From Callorhinchus milii (lineage: Eukaryota), in contig NW_024704743.1 in the NCBI RefSeq assembly GCF_018977255.1, positions 37,016,001-37,080,000 on the forward strand: 64,000 nucleotides of DNA, read 5' to 3'. Below the pieces are notes generated by a model. That model was not told the origin of the DNA. It made no database searches and saw nothing but the letters and a program-made list of their open reading frames with translations. Of the stretch, positions 36,911-50,784 are shown one piece after another. Numbering within the stretch: the first letter of the stretch is position 1; each line of letters starts with the position of its first letter. Both the position numbers and the translations under genes were made by a program.

Positions 36911-37942
36911 GTACGATGCACTTCAAATAACTTGGGTCTTGTTTTCTCGCGGGAAATTAAACCTTTTTAAGCTCCCATTTGAATTTCTCTGTAATAACAA
37001 TGCATGTACACATTCACACAGAATGATATAATATAACAAAATACACAGTCACTCCACTTTATAAATGCAGTACATTCTGTGAAGCGCTTTGAGATGTCTC
37101 AACGCTGTGATAAGGCGCTATATCAAATTCAAGGATTATTATTATTTTACCTTCCTATTTCGGATTTGAAAGTGTATCAGTCTACTAGGTAATATTGTGA
37201 TCAGTGTACCTGCATTGTATTAATGTGAAATGGATCTCAATGCATTTGTCAGTTTGCAAATGACACAAAATGTCATGGGGAATGCAAACGTGGAAGCCAG
37301 TGAATTTTTGAGTTTATAAATACTAAAAATCTGGTACTTAATTTAACTTTGTTTTCGCACCAAACTTGGATTATTAAATACTTCAGTCTATGGATTTTCC
37401 ACTGAGCAATTTGTTTTTTCAGACTTTTACACAGTTTACAAATTACTTAGTTCAAAACAGTACTTTTGTTTGGTATTTGTGGAGGTAAATGATAATATAT
37501 TAAGACTCTTGACAAGGCTGTGTCTGCCAGGAACGTGCCCTTTGTCGTTTAATTTGGTGCAGCCAAGTTTAAATCCAGAGAAACAATCAGAATTCTTAGA
37601 GGGAAGTGCACAAAATAAATAATTTACTCTGTAAAAGTGTCACTGCCTTAGGGCTCATTGATCATCAATTGCACTCAGTGGGCACTGACCACACTTTGAC
37701 ACACAAATTGTAATTCTATGACTGAACACGAGATGGAGCCAATACAACATGTCAGATATGACTTGATTTCTTTCATCGCCAAGTGGTTGTGACTAATTGA
37801 AAACAAAACCTTAGCTTTCGTCGATCAATTTCTATTTTTAAATGAAAAAGTTGATTTATAAAATAGATTGCAATATTTTGAGGCACCTGTGTCTAACTGT
37901 AGTGAGCTGCTGTTGTGATATTGATGTGGTTGTGTTTACCAG

Positions 37943-38108
37943 CTCCGCTAACGCAACTCCTGAGTTTGAAGGGCGTGGAGGAGAAGACCTTGGCACAGAA
38001 ATCGCAAACACCCTGTACAGAGTGTTTGATAATGGCAGCAGTTTGGATTTGACAGCCTTGTGTATTACTCCCAGGGAACACTGCTGGATCCTCTTTGTGG
38101 ATGTACTG
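37943..38108 (+). CDS. EXOSC7: EXOSC7 exon 4
   Basis: SANATPEFEGRGGEDLGTEIANTLYRVFDNGSSLDLTALCITPREHCWILFVDVL, 166 nt, CAG/GTAAGG. Confidence 0.97.
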
Positions 38109-38112
38109 GTAA

Positions 38113-38440
38113 GGAGTCTCGTAGCGCACTCGCCTCACAAGTGAGAGACCCGGTTTCATTCCTGGACAGGGCAGACCCTTAGGCAAGTGTCCTTACTCCG
38201 CATGCCTAGCGGTAAGTAGGAACCCAGTTGTTAGTCAATTGGCGGATCACTTTCCAGCGGTAATAATCCCTCCCCAAAATAATTCACTCAATCCCCGATT
38301 GTTTGTGAGACACTGCTGTGTGCAATTGGCTGTTGCGTTTTTTCCATAAATACACAGTAAATTACCTTTACAGTATATTCTGTGAAGCACTGTGAGATGC
38401 CACAACAACGTGATAAGGCACTATATCAAATTAAGAATTA
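38113..38440 (+). mobile_element. tRNA-derived SINE, longer subfamily
   Basis: GGAGTC head, internal GTAAGTAGGAACCC segment, family tail. Confidence 0.8.
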
Positions 38441-40275
38441 TAAGTACTAGAGAATTAGTTCCCAAAGTATAGAAAAATGTGATCTTCATAGTCAATCATT
38501 TCTTCCTTCTTACTCCCCACTCACACATACAAATAGCTGCAAGTATTTGTATGACATGTAAAATGTTTTTAATTCTAGAAATGTGCTGAAGAATTAGTTT
38601 TAGATATGACCAAAGTTAAACATGTTTATCCTATTCCTTTCTCCTTACCCACCTATAACTTCCTTTGACCCTCTATCCAGCAGCTGAGTGCGACAACAAC
38701 AAATTACATTTGTATAGCGCCTTTCGCTTCGGGAGGACATCCCAAGGCGCTGGACAGTCAGGGCTTTGGACCCAAGCAGGGGATTGGGATCAGGGCAGGG
38801 AGGGTAGGGATAGGAGAGTGGCCAAAGGTGCGGCTGAAATGGAAGGCCTTCAAGGAGGCAAGGGAGAGAGCGAGGCGAAGGAATTGTGGGATGCAGTTCC
38901 AAAGGGTGGAGGCAGAGAGGCTGAAGGCCCAACTGCTGATGGTGGGACGGGCAGGGCACGTGGAGCAGACCAGAGCCTGCTGAGCGGAAGGAGAGGACAG
39001 ATTAATATGGGGTTAGCGGGTCACAGAGGTAGGAAGGAGCAAGGTGGAGCAATTTGTGTAACTAACAAATTATTGCATGATGCACATGCACATTTGTTAG
39101 TTACACAACCAGCTCTTTAAAAACCTTACACATAGTCCCATGAAAGGTCTGCAGCGCTGATGATCCTAGAAATTTTAAGAGACAATTTTTGATCAGAGGC
39201 CACATGGATTGCACAATCTCCTATTTATACAGTAAGAATTGATGCCCATCCAGAATTGTCTTCTCAAGGTTTGTGTATGGTGATTAGCTAGGAGTCTGAT
39301 ATGCACAGAAAATCCATTCCATGCCTAGGTTTCTAGTTACAGCTGCTGAGAATTGACAGTAGAGTATTTAGATTAATATAAAATACATGTATTAAATCAG
39401 AGCACGTCAGGGATTTTCAATTGTCCGTATGTTAATTCAGCTCCATTGCTCGAACCAAATAGTCTTATTGATGTCTTCAGCTGTCTCAGCTAAACAAAAT
39501 ACCTTGAAATAACACCACGTAAAGTGTATTCACTCTTAATAGTAATGATTAGCTGTCACAGGCTATGCGTGTATGTGGTTTGCTCACTGTTTGGTTGTGT
39601 TGTGATGTCTTGTGAGAGAGAAACAGCACCTGTGCTGTTGGAAGAGCACAATGTGAACTGTATGCAGACTCAGGTTTTTAGCTAGAAATAAAAAGTCTAT
39701 CTCTTTTGGGCTAACCTATAAATCCACAGTGGGTCACAAGAGAATTAACAAGTGGCCTCCTGATTATACTTGACAAGTTATTTCCATATTTTGTTAAGCA
39801 CGACACAATATTAAAACTGCCAAGCACAGAATTATAACTGTTGAGTGTAGAGGGATAAGTGGCGTTAAGCATGCTTTCGAGTTCTCTACCTTCCTTTGTT
39901 TTGCCACGATTTTTCTGATCTTTGTACCTTTTGGTATTTTTTGTACAGTAGTCTTAATGTTTCACAAGGGCATCAAGAGGGCTCCCTTAATAATGGAGAA
40001 GGTGTAAAAGTACCACATTGTATCTTTTTATTCTCGCTTTTTAATCTTGTGTGATTTGCCCAGGACTGAACTGTGGTGTGAATTTGTAATATTTATAAAA
40101 GGAGGGGACGTACTAATTTATGTCTTCTGTCTAATTTACAAAAGCCATCCAGATTAAAATTATATGAATGGGTTGAGAGAATATTGGTTTCACATCCTCT
40201 CTTTATGCCACCAATGTATTGTGGATTGTATTGTTCTATAAGTCTTTCATTAACTGTAAGGCCTTTGCTTTTCAG

Positions 40276-40346
40276 CTGCTGGAGTGTGGTGGCAACCTTT
40301 TTGATGCAATCTCCATTGCAGTAAAAGCAGCACTTCACAATACCAG
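40276..40346 (+). CDS. EXOSC7: EXOSC7 exon 5
   Basis: LLECGGNLFDAISIAVKAALHNT(R), 71 nt, CAG/GTAAGG. Confidence 0.97.
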
Positions 40347-41376
40347 GTAAGGTAACAATTTCACACAAAGTAATAAGGTTCTCACAGTTGTTTGTGGATA
40401 TTGAGGTATTTTCCTAAAGACTATTATCAATCTTCCTGATTGGAAAGGCATTATATAAATGTAAATTGTATTGTATTAAATCATCCAGCTTCAGGTTTTC
40501 ACACGAACAATGCAAAATGAATTTTAATTTACAGTTTGAAAAAGTTTCCCTCTTTGCAAACTCTCCATGTTATATTGATTGTCTGCAAACCAGACATCTG
40601 CTTTGACATTTCTTGCTTGTGGATGCATTGGGTTGCCAACTGGAAGTGAAAGATCTTTTCTAAGATGTCATTTGTACTTCTCTATAATTCTAATTTGAGG
40701 AAAGAGCTGGCAGTCTTGACAGTTCTTTAATAGCATTTCAATGTAGCAGTCATGTGCATTTTCATTAACAAAGTCCCTATGATGCAGTGAGGCACACATT
40801 GTCCTGATTTGCTCTACAGCACCAACAACAACTTGTATTTATACAGCACCTTTCACGTAGCATACGTTTGAGTGCATCACATAGACTGATTTGAATATCA
40901 AACCCAAAGAAATTGAGGTGCATGCAGGCCTGTCTGTCTGTCTGTCAGGCAAGTGGACATCAATGAACCTGGAATCGAGTAGAAATCTCTTGCCATCTCC
41001 AGTGTAGACCTGGCAGTAAAAGTCTGTGCTGGTTTGTATCTAAAACAGTGGCATTGATGTAGGATAAGTACTAAGTCTCAACAATGTGATCAGGCTCCAT
41101 TATCAAATGCAAGGATTATTATATTACAACCGGAGCATTAAGAAGTTCAGTTATGATGACACCTATATATCTTGACCAATATATGTTGTGAAGTGGATGC
41201 ACTAAGCTGAGAGAGTTCAAGTGGGTCCTGATTCTGCTTATTGGTTAAAATATCTTGGGCTTGTTTTTGTTATTGAGCAGATATTTAATCAGTTACATAC
41301 GAGCCTGACTATGATTGGACAGCACTATTTAACCAGAGGAGGACACCGATTTACCACTTTCCTTTTTCCGCTTAAG

Positions 41377-41500
41377 AATCCCAAAGGTCAGAGTTCTGGA
41401 AGATGAAGAAGGTTCAAAGGAGATTGAACTCTCAGATGATCCCTACGACTGTATTCGCCTGAATGTGGAAAGTGTGCCGTGCATAATCACACTAAGCAAA
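41377..41500 (+). CDS. EXOSC7: EXOSC7 exon 6
   Basis: IPKVRVLEDEEGSKEIELSDDPYDCIRLNVESVPCIITLSK, 124 nt, AAG acceptor, GTGAGA donor. Confidence 0.95.
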
Positions 41501-41541
41501 GTGAGATGAATCTGCTGTTTGTCTTTTATATACATTTTGGG

Positions 41542-41940
41542 TGTCAGCCTGGTTGAATTGGTAGCACTCTCACCTCTGAGACACAGATTGTGGGTTCAAG
41601 CCTCATGTTTGCACTTTAAGTTCACTGGCTGACACTCCAGTGCAGTACTGGGGTGTGCTGCATTTTGGAGCTGTCCTTTGGATGAGACATTACGCGGAGA
41701 TCCTGTTTGTCTGTTCCCATTACACTTTTGAAAAGAGGCGTTTCTCCTGTGTCCTGGCCAACAATCCCAAATGAAATCACTTCACTTCATAGCTGTTTGT
41801 AGGATATTGCTGTATGCAATTTAATGCCCCTTTTGTCTTCCAAGTACACAGTTATAAAAATTTATGGTAAAATCCCATGAAGGCTTTGAGGCGCCTCAAT
41901 AATGTGATAAGGCACTATATCAAATGTATGGATTATTATT
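41542..41940 (+). mobile_element. Older Deu-domain SINE
   Basis: TGTCAGCCTGG...GGTAGCACTCTCACCTCTGAG...GGGTTCAAG head and GCTGTCCTTTGGATGAGACATT core. Confidence 0.7.
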
Positions 41941-43174
41941 ATACCCCTTTTTATCCATGGTTTTGATATCTTAATTTATCTTGCGTCCAGCATTGCCTAT
42001 GTGGGTGTGAAAAAAAACCTGACTATGTTCATTATGGTTATTGTTAGTATACTTATTTTCAGTAGATGAACACTTTGTATGGGTACAGAACCACTTAGTC
42101 AGTTTCTGTAACTTATTTGGGGATTTGTATTATGTATTTCTGGGCACCTGGACAAAGTAGTTTAGATGGTTTTTTAACAAGGCTGTTAAAAATACAACAG
42201 ATGCAGAGGAATATCAGTATAGTGAGAAATAGTTTGAAGCAAACTGTTCAGCTATGGCTGAATAGTGTAAATTGCAATGTTAGAATTATGTTCTACTGTT
42301 TCTACTTAATTTGATACATGTACCTTAGTCTCGGAGTCCCGCAGCGAAGTGGTGACAGCATTCGCCAAGCTAGAGGACCCAGACTTGATTCCTGTGTGGG
42401 GTGAAACCTTCAATGGCATGGGCCTTCCTGAAATAATCTTCCAAGCATAAAGATTATGCCTCTGGGAATGTCATATCCAGTCTAAGATTTCTGTTGATTT
42501 TCTGAGTAAACATGAACTAACACTGCACTGATCTGCTCTATGTAAATTGGTACATGCCTATAATCCATGTGTCAGTGTCTACACTAAAAATAAATCCCTG
42601 CACTTAATAAAGTGCCTCAAATCCTCAGTGCCTCAGTGCTCAGAGCAATATCCCACAAACAGCTATGAAGTGAATCATCAATTTTATCTCGGGATTATTG
42701 GCCAGGAGAAATCCCTTCTCTTTTCAAATAGTGCCATGTCATCTTTTACGTTCACCTAAACAGGCCGGTGACATCTCAGTTTAATGTCACATCCAAAGGA
42801 CGGCATCTCCAACGAAGAAGAACACTTCCAGCATTGCACTGGGGTGTCAGTTTGATTTGATCTCAAAGTCCCTGGGTGGGGCTAGAACCAACAAACTTTG
42901 GACTCAGAGCTGAGTGTGCTACCAACTCCAAGCTGACATACATTACTGTAAATTCCAGGGCTTTACTCACCTACAGCCTTGTAAAAGGGCAAACATGTAG
43001 GAATGAATATTCTGCGTTATATTGGGTTCAAACCGTAGGTAGTGCAAGGCATTAAAGCAACGCCAAAACAAAATATATGAAAGAAAATGTATACTAAAAG
43101 TGTTTTTAAATTCAAGTAATATCCCATGACAAACCCTTCTTGCCACATCCAACATTCCTCAATTTGGTATTACG

Positions 43175-43560
43175 TGGAGTTCTGTAACATAGTGGTTACA
43201 GCACTACTCTACAGAAACACTACAGGATATTAGGACGCTACCCCATGTGAAGGGCGCTATATAAATAGTTGTAGAGTACTCACCTCGCAAGCAAGAAGAC
43301 CTGGGTTGGATTCCCGGGCTGGGCAAAACCTTAGGCAAGTTTCCTTACTCCACATGCCTCTGTTTACTTAGCAGTAAGTTGGAACCCAGTTGCTGGTCGA
43401 TTGGCGGATTGCTTTCTGGGGATAATAATCCCTCTCCAAAAAAATTAATTTTGACACAAAATACACAGTTAAAATCACTTCTCAGTATATTCTCTGAAGC
43501 GCTTGAGACGTTTCAATGACTTAATAAAGCACTATATCAAATGTCAAGAATTATTATTAT
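43175..43560 (+). mobile_element. tRNA-derived SINE with nested LINE-tail fragment
   Basis: Head interrupted by GGACGCTACCCCATGTGAAGGGCGCTATATAAAT at about 43232-43270. Confidence 0.75.
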
Positions 43561-44699
43561 AGTCAGTAACCACTTGGAGCTTCAGGGAGAAAATTCTGAG
43601 TTTCTACTATTCTACTTGAGTTTCCTATTAACATGAGAAGGTTGCACCCTGGACTTGCCCACAATAGTGAATTTAGAAATTGGCTGGTACAATGACAATC
43701 ATCAGTTCTGTGGTTTCCACAACACAGTTAAACTTGAGTGTCAAAAATAAATACGAAGGGTGCAGTTAATTCACTGCAGAAAAGGATGAATGTTCAGTTT
43801 TCTGAGAGATTCGTAAAAGCAAACTTATTTTTGGAAGGAAAGGATTTTAAGAGGTGACTTGATTTAAGTCTTTACAATACGGAAATATAATACAAAATTA
43901 CATTTGTATAGCACTTTCACGTCGGGAGGACGTCCCAAGGCACTGAACAAAATGAATGAATAACGTGGTCGTATTTAATTTAAACTGGTTATGTGACCAG
44001 AGAGTACCTAAATGCAAAATCTGTGATAACTGGAACAAATCCGGAATAATTTAATGTTTCCCAACGATGAAATATGTAGAATATTCTCAACAAAAGCAGC
44101 AAATACCATTCCTTTTAATAAAAGAATAACCAGTTTAAGAATTGGGATTAAAGGTTTATAGCGATAATAAGTCTAGACGAAGATGACCAAATATTCAATG
44201 GAATGCTATAGTTACTGTCATATTGAGACCATGGGAATGGAATTTGTAGAATGAGCTGGCGGCGGCTGTATAAGACAACGTGTGGTTGGATTGTGGCCGA
44301 CAGTTCTTACTTGAATTTACTGTTGGAAATTGGAGAGAAGATAATAATAATCCTTGCATTTGATATTGAGCCTTATCACATCTTCAAGACGTCTCAAAGC
44401 ACTTCACAGAATATACGGTAAAGTGAATTGACCTTATATTTTGTGGGCTTCTCAGACTTAGAAGTTTTAGCTGTCACCTCCATTAAGAGGTCAAATAAAT
44501 AAATTCATGGCTGCTTGTGGAACATTGCCTTGTGCAAAGTGGCTGCCATTTCAACTACAAAATATGCAGTCACAATATAAGGACTGAAAAATATCAACAT
44601 CTCACCAATTCCTTTTCCAATGAAAAAATTAAACTTTTAATTTTGAATACCAAAAAGAATATTTCAAATTTTAAAAGTGATAAGTAAACACATTAACAC

Positions 44700-45077
44700 A
44701 ATAGAAACCTATAAGATTCTTAGGGGTCTTGACAGGCTGGATGCCATGAGACTGTTTCCCCTGGTTGAAGAATCTAAAACTAGGGGTCATAGTCTCAAGA
44801 TTAAGGGTCAGCCTTTTCAAACTGAGTTGAAACATTTCTTCATTTAGAGGGTATTGAATTTGTGGAATTCTCTACCCCAAAAGGCTGTGGATGCTCAGTC
44901 CTTGAACATATTCAAGACTGAGGTTGATAGATTTCTGAAGGATAGAAGGGTTAAGGGATATGGGGATAGGAAGGGAAATGGAATTAGGTCAGAAAATCAG
45001 TCATGATCTTATTAAATGGCGAGGCAGGCTCAAGGGGCCGAAAGGCCTACTCCTGCTTCTATGTCTTATGGTCTTAT
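44700..45077 (+). mobile_element. CR1 3' end
   Basis: TYKILRGLDRLDAMRLFPL...TRGHSLKI motif and GGCTCAAGGGGCCGAAAGGCCTACTCCTGC tail. Older CR1 relics at about 12850-13420(-), 15245-15720(-), 32455-32660(-). Confidence 0.8.
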
Positions 45078-45263
45078 AAAAACATCGACCAATGGGTTTG
45101 CTTTACAAACAATAGTTTTTCTTTGAGGTACAGAACACAAACCATCAGGTCTCTCAGATTCTCCTCTTTGGATTCTCTCTTGATGGCCTCCTCTCAGATC
45201 TTCCTTTCTGGCCTGGAGCCTCACCAGTTAAATTATTTTGAGGATTTGCCCACATCCCAACAA

Positions 45264-45584
45264 ATAATAATAATATATAATAATCCTTGCATTTGACATA
45301 GCGCTTTTTACGTCTTCTAGACGTCCCAAAGCGCTTCGCAGAATAGACTGTACAGTGGATTTGACTGTATATTTGTGGGCGAACGCGGCAGCCAATTGCG
45401 CACAGCAGTGTCCCACAAACAGTCGTGGATTGAAAATGACCAATTTATTTTTGTTTTGGAGGGATTATTATTAGGCTCTGTGTGGAGTAAGGAAACTTGC
45501 CCAAGGTTTCGCCCTGCCTGGAATTGAACTCGCGTCTCTCGCTTGCAAAGCGAGTGCTCTAACCACTGAGCTACAGGACTCCAC
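45264..45584 (-). mobile_element. tRNA-derived SINE
   Basis: Full-length reverse-complement copy. Confidence 0.9.
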
Positions 45585-47275
45585 ACCAGGACTCAAAAGC
45601 CTTTGATCTTTACAAACACTTGTTCAGATCTTTACTCACAGGGTGGTTAGAATATATTTCCAACCACCCACTGATTAAAGATCTTAAGTGTTTGTTAAGA
45701 AATTCCCTGACAAAATCTTGTAGAATCAGAGACCTTTCGTGTTGGGAGAACATCCCAAAGTGCTTCACAGGACATACTATAAAGTGGAATGTTTGTGTGT
45801 GCATAAGAACATAAGAATTTTCTAGGCAAAAGAAGTCCAAGATCCATCCAGTTCGCCTTCCACCATCCTGGCAGTCGCATGACATGTCGTGTCCCAAACT
45901 ATATATTGTATCCTGAGATATTATTTCCTACAGAAATCTATCTAATTTATTCTTGAAAAAATCAACACTCTGCTTCCACCATCTCCCTAGGGAACCTGTT
46001 CCATACGTTTAATACTCACTCACTAAAGTAATGTTTACTTACCCTCCATCAATCGCAGGCTGTGTCCTTTGGTTCTACTGTTTTTATGGGCTAATGAGGC
46101 AGCCAATTTGCGCATAGCAATGTTCTACAAACAGCCGTGGAATTACCAAATTTATTTGGGAGATTGTTTTTGCCAGGACACTGGCCATGGGATCTTTAAC
46201 ATCCACCTGAACAGGCAGATTTTAACGTTTTAACGTATTATCTGAATGACACTACCTCCAAAAAGCAATACACCCCCAGCTCTGATTGGAGCGTCATCTC
46301 ATACTGTTAAGTTCATTAAGTTCAGCATCCTGACGTGGGGCTTGAACCCACAACTGTCTTACCATACATGCTTGACCTTACACATAGCTTTCAATTTTAA
46401 GAAAAAATGTCAGTGATTTTTACAAACCAAGTTGTTGTGAATATACAGTAACTGCCATTAGATTGTGTTAAGCACACTGAAAATTATCTGCAGTGTGGTG
46501 TTGCTCTTCTAAAAAATAAATAGATAGAAGCTTGAAAAATAGAAATATTAAAAGGTATAGCAGAAAGCAGAAGTGGGATTAGAATTGGTGACTCATTTGG
46601 AGAAAATCACCAGTGTAGACTTGATGGGTTAAATAATAATAATGATCTGTTAATGTGTTGTACAATTTTATGATTCAATATTGGGGTTGAAAAACCATTG
46701 CTGATGAAAGCAATAATGTTAATCACTGCTTGATGAAGTGCCTCCTAATACAAAATTCAATGGGAAACCAGGCTCTCTTAAGAGCAAAGTTTGTGTGATT
46801 TACAAAAGAATTCAAAGCCGGGAAGTGTTTTTCTGGCAGTGAGGGTCTTATGACAGACACTTTCAGCAGCTGTGCATTTTTCAACCCCATTAAGATCTTT
46901 TATGCCAAGCTTTTGTTTTAATTAGAGTAAAATTAAAGAGGCTTTACAGAATCAAATTCCAACAGCTGGCTAAAGGGGCTGAGCAATGCATTTAATATTG
47001 TGTCCATTCATCATAAGCCTCAAGCAGTTTAATCTCATAATTGTTTTTGGTGCTCACTGAAATAGTAAAGAGGTTAAATGCAAGCAGCAAGGAAGTTAGC
47101 ATATTTGTGGATATGGTTATCACCTTTTCATGCTTTTTCATCTGTACTCTCTGCTGTGTCTTTGACCCCATAAAGCAAAGTGCCCTTCACATGCCAAGCC
47201 TTTTTCAATGATAGATAATCAAATTCAAAGCAATTCTTTATTCTTAACAATCAATGTTTGTGGTTTGGATTGCAG

Positions 47276-47431
47276 ATTGGTTACAGACATGTGGTGGATG
47301 CCACCTCCCAGGAGGAGGCTTGTTGTATGGCCAGCTTGTTAGTCTCTGTCACTGGCAAAGGGACCATCACTTGCTTCAGGAAAATTGGAGGAGGCAGTTT
47401 GGATCCAGCAAGCATCTTTGAAATGTTGGAG
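47276..47431 (+). CDS. EXOSC7: EXOSC7 exon 7
   Basis: IGYRHVVDATSQEEACCMASLLVSVTGKGTITCFRKIGGGSLDPASIFEMLE, 156 nt, CAG/GTATGA. Confidence 0.97.
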
Positions 47432-48892
47432 GTATGAATTGAATGATTGAAGCAATTATTAAGTTATCACAATCTCTTTATTACTAGTTATCTACGTTAC
47501 CTCTGTTGTATTCTTTCTGCTCCATATGAGCATGTAATGAGTTTTGAGTTCTGCACAACCTGGTTGGTAGGATGTTCATAGGGTTAATGGCAAGCCTCTG
47601 ACAGCTGTTGCAGGCTACTTGCAGGTTTGTGCAGTTAGCACTGATCAACCTCAGCTTTCTCCAGCTTGGGACTCTGCTTTGTGTCCTGCTGAGTGCAGTG
47701 ACCGGGGAATCTGATGTATGAGCCAGCATTTCATGGTGTAGCGTGCTAATGCCTCAGTGTCGTGTACCATGAACTTCCTTGATTGAAATCTGTAACCAAC
47801 CCAATTATAAGATAAGTGGTTAATAGACTTCCTAATGATATAATAGACTTTCTAACGATATGCATGTTTGAGGTCCAAATCCAATATTTTTTGGTGGGGT
47901 TTCACTTAGATTATTAACTTGGCAACATCACTGCTTAAAAATAACCATGAGCAATCTTTTCAAAGTGTACAAGCTACATGTTGTCATTTGCAATTTGATA
48001 GTTAATGTGAACTGAATTATTGAAATAATCATAACGGCTAAACATCAGAGTAGTTGGATTGTTGCCGTCCTAATTATAAGCTCTGATAAGCTAGAACTTT
48101 TCAGCCTTGATAGGAAATAAACCAGTGTGTATCACATCCTTAATGGGACAAAGCAAATAAGCCAAGAATAATACTTTAAAGGCAGCAGAACAAGAGGGCT
48201 CAGATTCAGGGTTGTGAAGGCAAACATCAATTGATCTCCACACGACATTATTCTATTTTGTAAACTATGTTTGGTCTTCCAACTCTTAACTATCAAAACT
48301 GGTACAAAAAAGCTTGATCATTGTATTTTTCAGAAAAGCTCCTGTTCTATGTACAAAAAAATGTTTCTGCGATATTTGAAAATTAAAATTGCCCCACTGC
48401 CACACAAATCTTCCCCTAGAATTGTGACTGCATCCATTTGCAACCAATTTATCTTTTACTGCAGGAACAATATACAATTCCTCTCTGATCAGTGCTCTGT
48501 TGTACAGATAAATAAGTTTATTGTTGAAGTAAAAACTCATGAAAACAACCACAAGATTACATTTGTATAGCACCTTTCACGTTGGGAGGACATCCCAAGG
48601 CGCTGGACAGTGTAAAGCATTTCAGGGAGGGAAAGGGGGGGTGACCGATGACGTGGTCGAAGAGGAGGGTTTTGAGGCTAGACTTGAAGGAGGCCAAGGA
48701 GGGGGGAGGCAGAGTGATTGGGGGATAGAATTCCAGAGGTTGGGGGCAGAGTGGCTGAAGGCTCTCCCGCCAATGGGATGTTAGATCTCAGTCCACCCGT
48801 TAAACTAATTAGCTTTTCAGTTGCACCCATGCTCTGTGTCAATGTTCAGTATCATTAAGTAACTCCGTCAAAGATCATTATTCAAATACTTA

Positions 48893-49310
48893 TAATAATA
48901 TTAATCTTTGCATTTGATATAGCGTCATATCATGTCGATGAGATGTCTCAAAGTGCTTCATAGAATATAGGGTTAGGGAATGAATTGTGAATTGACTCTG
49001 GGACGCTACCCTGTGTAAGGGGTGCTATATAAATGCAAGTTGTTGTTATTGACTGTATATATTGTGGGCGAAACATAGTAGTGTCCCACAGTCATGGATT
49101 GACTGCACAAATTATTATTTATTATTGATTTATCACTTTTGAAGGGATTATTACCCCTGGAAAAGCGATCTGCCAATCGCCTAACAACCAGGTTCCTACT
49201 TACTGCTCGGTAAACAGAGGCATGTAGAGTAAGGAAACTTACTAAGGTTTTGCCCTGCCAAGAATCAAACCCATGTCCTCTCGCTTCTAACCACTAAGCT
49301 ACAGGACTCC
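48893..49310 (-). mobile_element. tRNA-derived SINE with nested insert
   Basis: Tail at 48893, head GGAGTCC at 49310. Confidence 0.8.
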
Positions 49311-49677
49311 ATGAGATGGTATCTCAGAGGAGTGGAGAGGAAAGAAAAATGCGAGGCAGATGTCTGTTGCAGACCATCCCTTGTTGGGTAACTGGGAAGA
49401 TGTCATTTGCCTACCACGTTCTGTTTGAAAGATAGCAGGCTGGGGACTGAGAGGAAAAGGTGAAAAAATCAGAGTTCAGTGGGAAGCAGTGTAGTGCAGG
49501 ACCGATGAGAGAGAGAATTTGTTGAAATCAGAAACTAATGCACCTCGTCTGAAGTTTGCTGTAGATTTGATTCCTGATTGAATTGTCTGACAGGATGAAG
49601 TTGATGCTTCATTATATTCACTTTAATGATTTAATGATGCTTTTTTCCCCCCCCCCCTCCTCCCCACACACTATCAG

Positions 49678-49782
49678 ACAGGAAAACGAGTGGGAAATGC
49701 TTTACATGTATCGTTACAAACCACTTTGGAAAAAGAAGAAAGTTTAGGAAAGAAACGTGAAAAGGTTGGATTTCTGGGTTGA
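49678..49782 (+). CDS. EXOSC7: EXOSC7 exon 8 (last)
   Basis: TGKRVGNALHVSLQTTLEKEESLGKKREKVGFLG*; total CDS 876 nt = 291 aa. Confidence 0.97.
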   Translation, partial: TGKRVGNALHVSLQTTLEKEESLGKKREKVGFLG

Positions 49783-49807
49783 ATTTCAAAATGTAAATAT
49801 TTTTTAT

Positions 49808-49813
49808 AATAAA
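49808..49813 (+). terminator. Polyadenylation signal of EXOSC7 (second AATAAA at 49906-49911)
   Basis: AATAAA 25 nt after the stop, followed by a GT/T-rich tract. Confidence 0.7.
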
Positions 49814-50784
49814 AGATTTGTTTATTATGTCTCTGTCTCATGACAAATTTATGATGAACTTGTGAAATATATACATTTTAGTAAATGCATAAATCCTAAA
49901 CTTACAATAAATCTTGTTCTCATATTTGAATCCCTCCATGGTCTTACTCCACGGGTAAATTAGAAACAAAAATGTGAACAGGAAGCATCAAATATATACT
50001 TGATGCATATGATATTCCATCATTGAGTTTAACTAAAATATGATGAATCCTATCCAGATTTCACTTGATTTACTGTTTATTGTAATTTTTTTGCCTTTGG
50101 GATATGGATGAGGGAAAAATGAGATGGACTGTGAGACGTTACCTTGAGCCCCCCACTCCCAACAAAATCTCTGCCATCCAGTGTCAGCATTAAGCACATT
50201 GAGCAATCTCTAGTAAAGTATAAGCTACGTTCATCTAAATGCAGCTTCATCTAAACCCTGTAACAATTCTGTTGCCGACGTCAGTCAGCATTGTTCATTC
50301 ACTAAGTGAGTGCTAGATGTGCAGAATAAGGAACAGGTTTGGGCTTTGTGCCCACCCTACCAGGAATTGATTTTAAACAATTCCACGTAGAATTTTACTT
50401 TCCAAGATTTCATTACGTCAGTTGTGCTGATTTCTAAACCAGGTTGCAGCAATAAAAGAACAATGTTCGATCCCATCATTCCACTCTCCCTAAATATTTT
50501 AGTTCTTCCCAGTGCATAGAATAGAAACCGTCTGGAGCTACTTGTACTGTATCACATTGCTGCGCTGCCAACTTCAAATGGGGACAACTGTTCCACTGCT
50601 ATTATTATTAGGCATCGCACTTTGTGATGAATTTACCCTGCTGTGTGTCAAGCTTTGCATAAATCTGGTGCACATTGTGCTAAATTAATATATGCAGTTC
50701 TTGTTAACTGTTGTGTGACCTAAGTGAAATGTGTTCAGTTTCTGCAAGGAAATAATAGAGCTGCACATCAGTAATGTTGAACAG

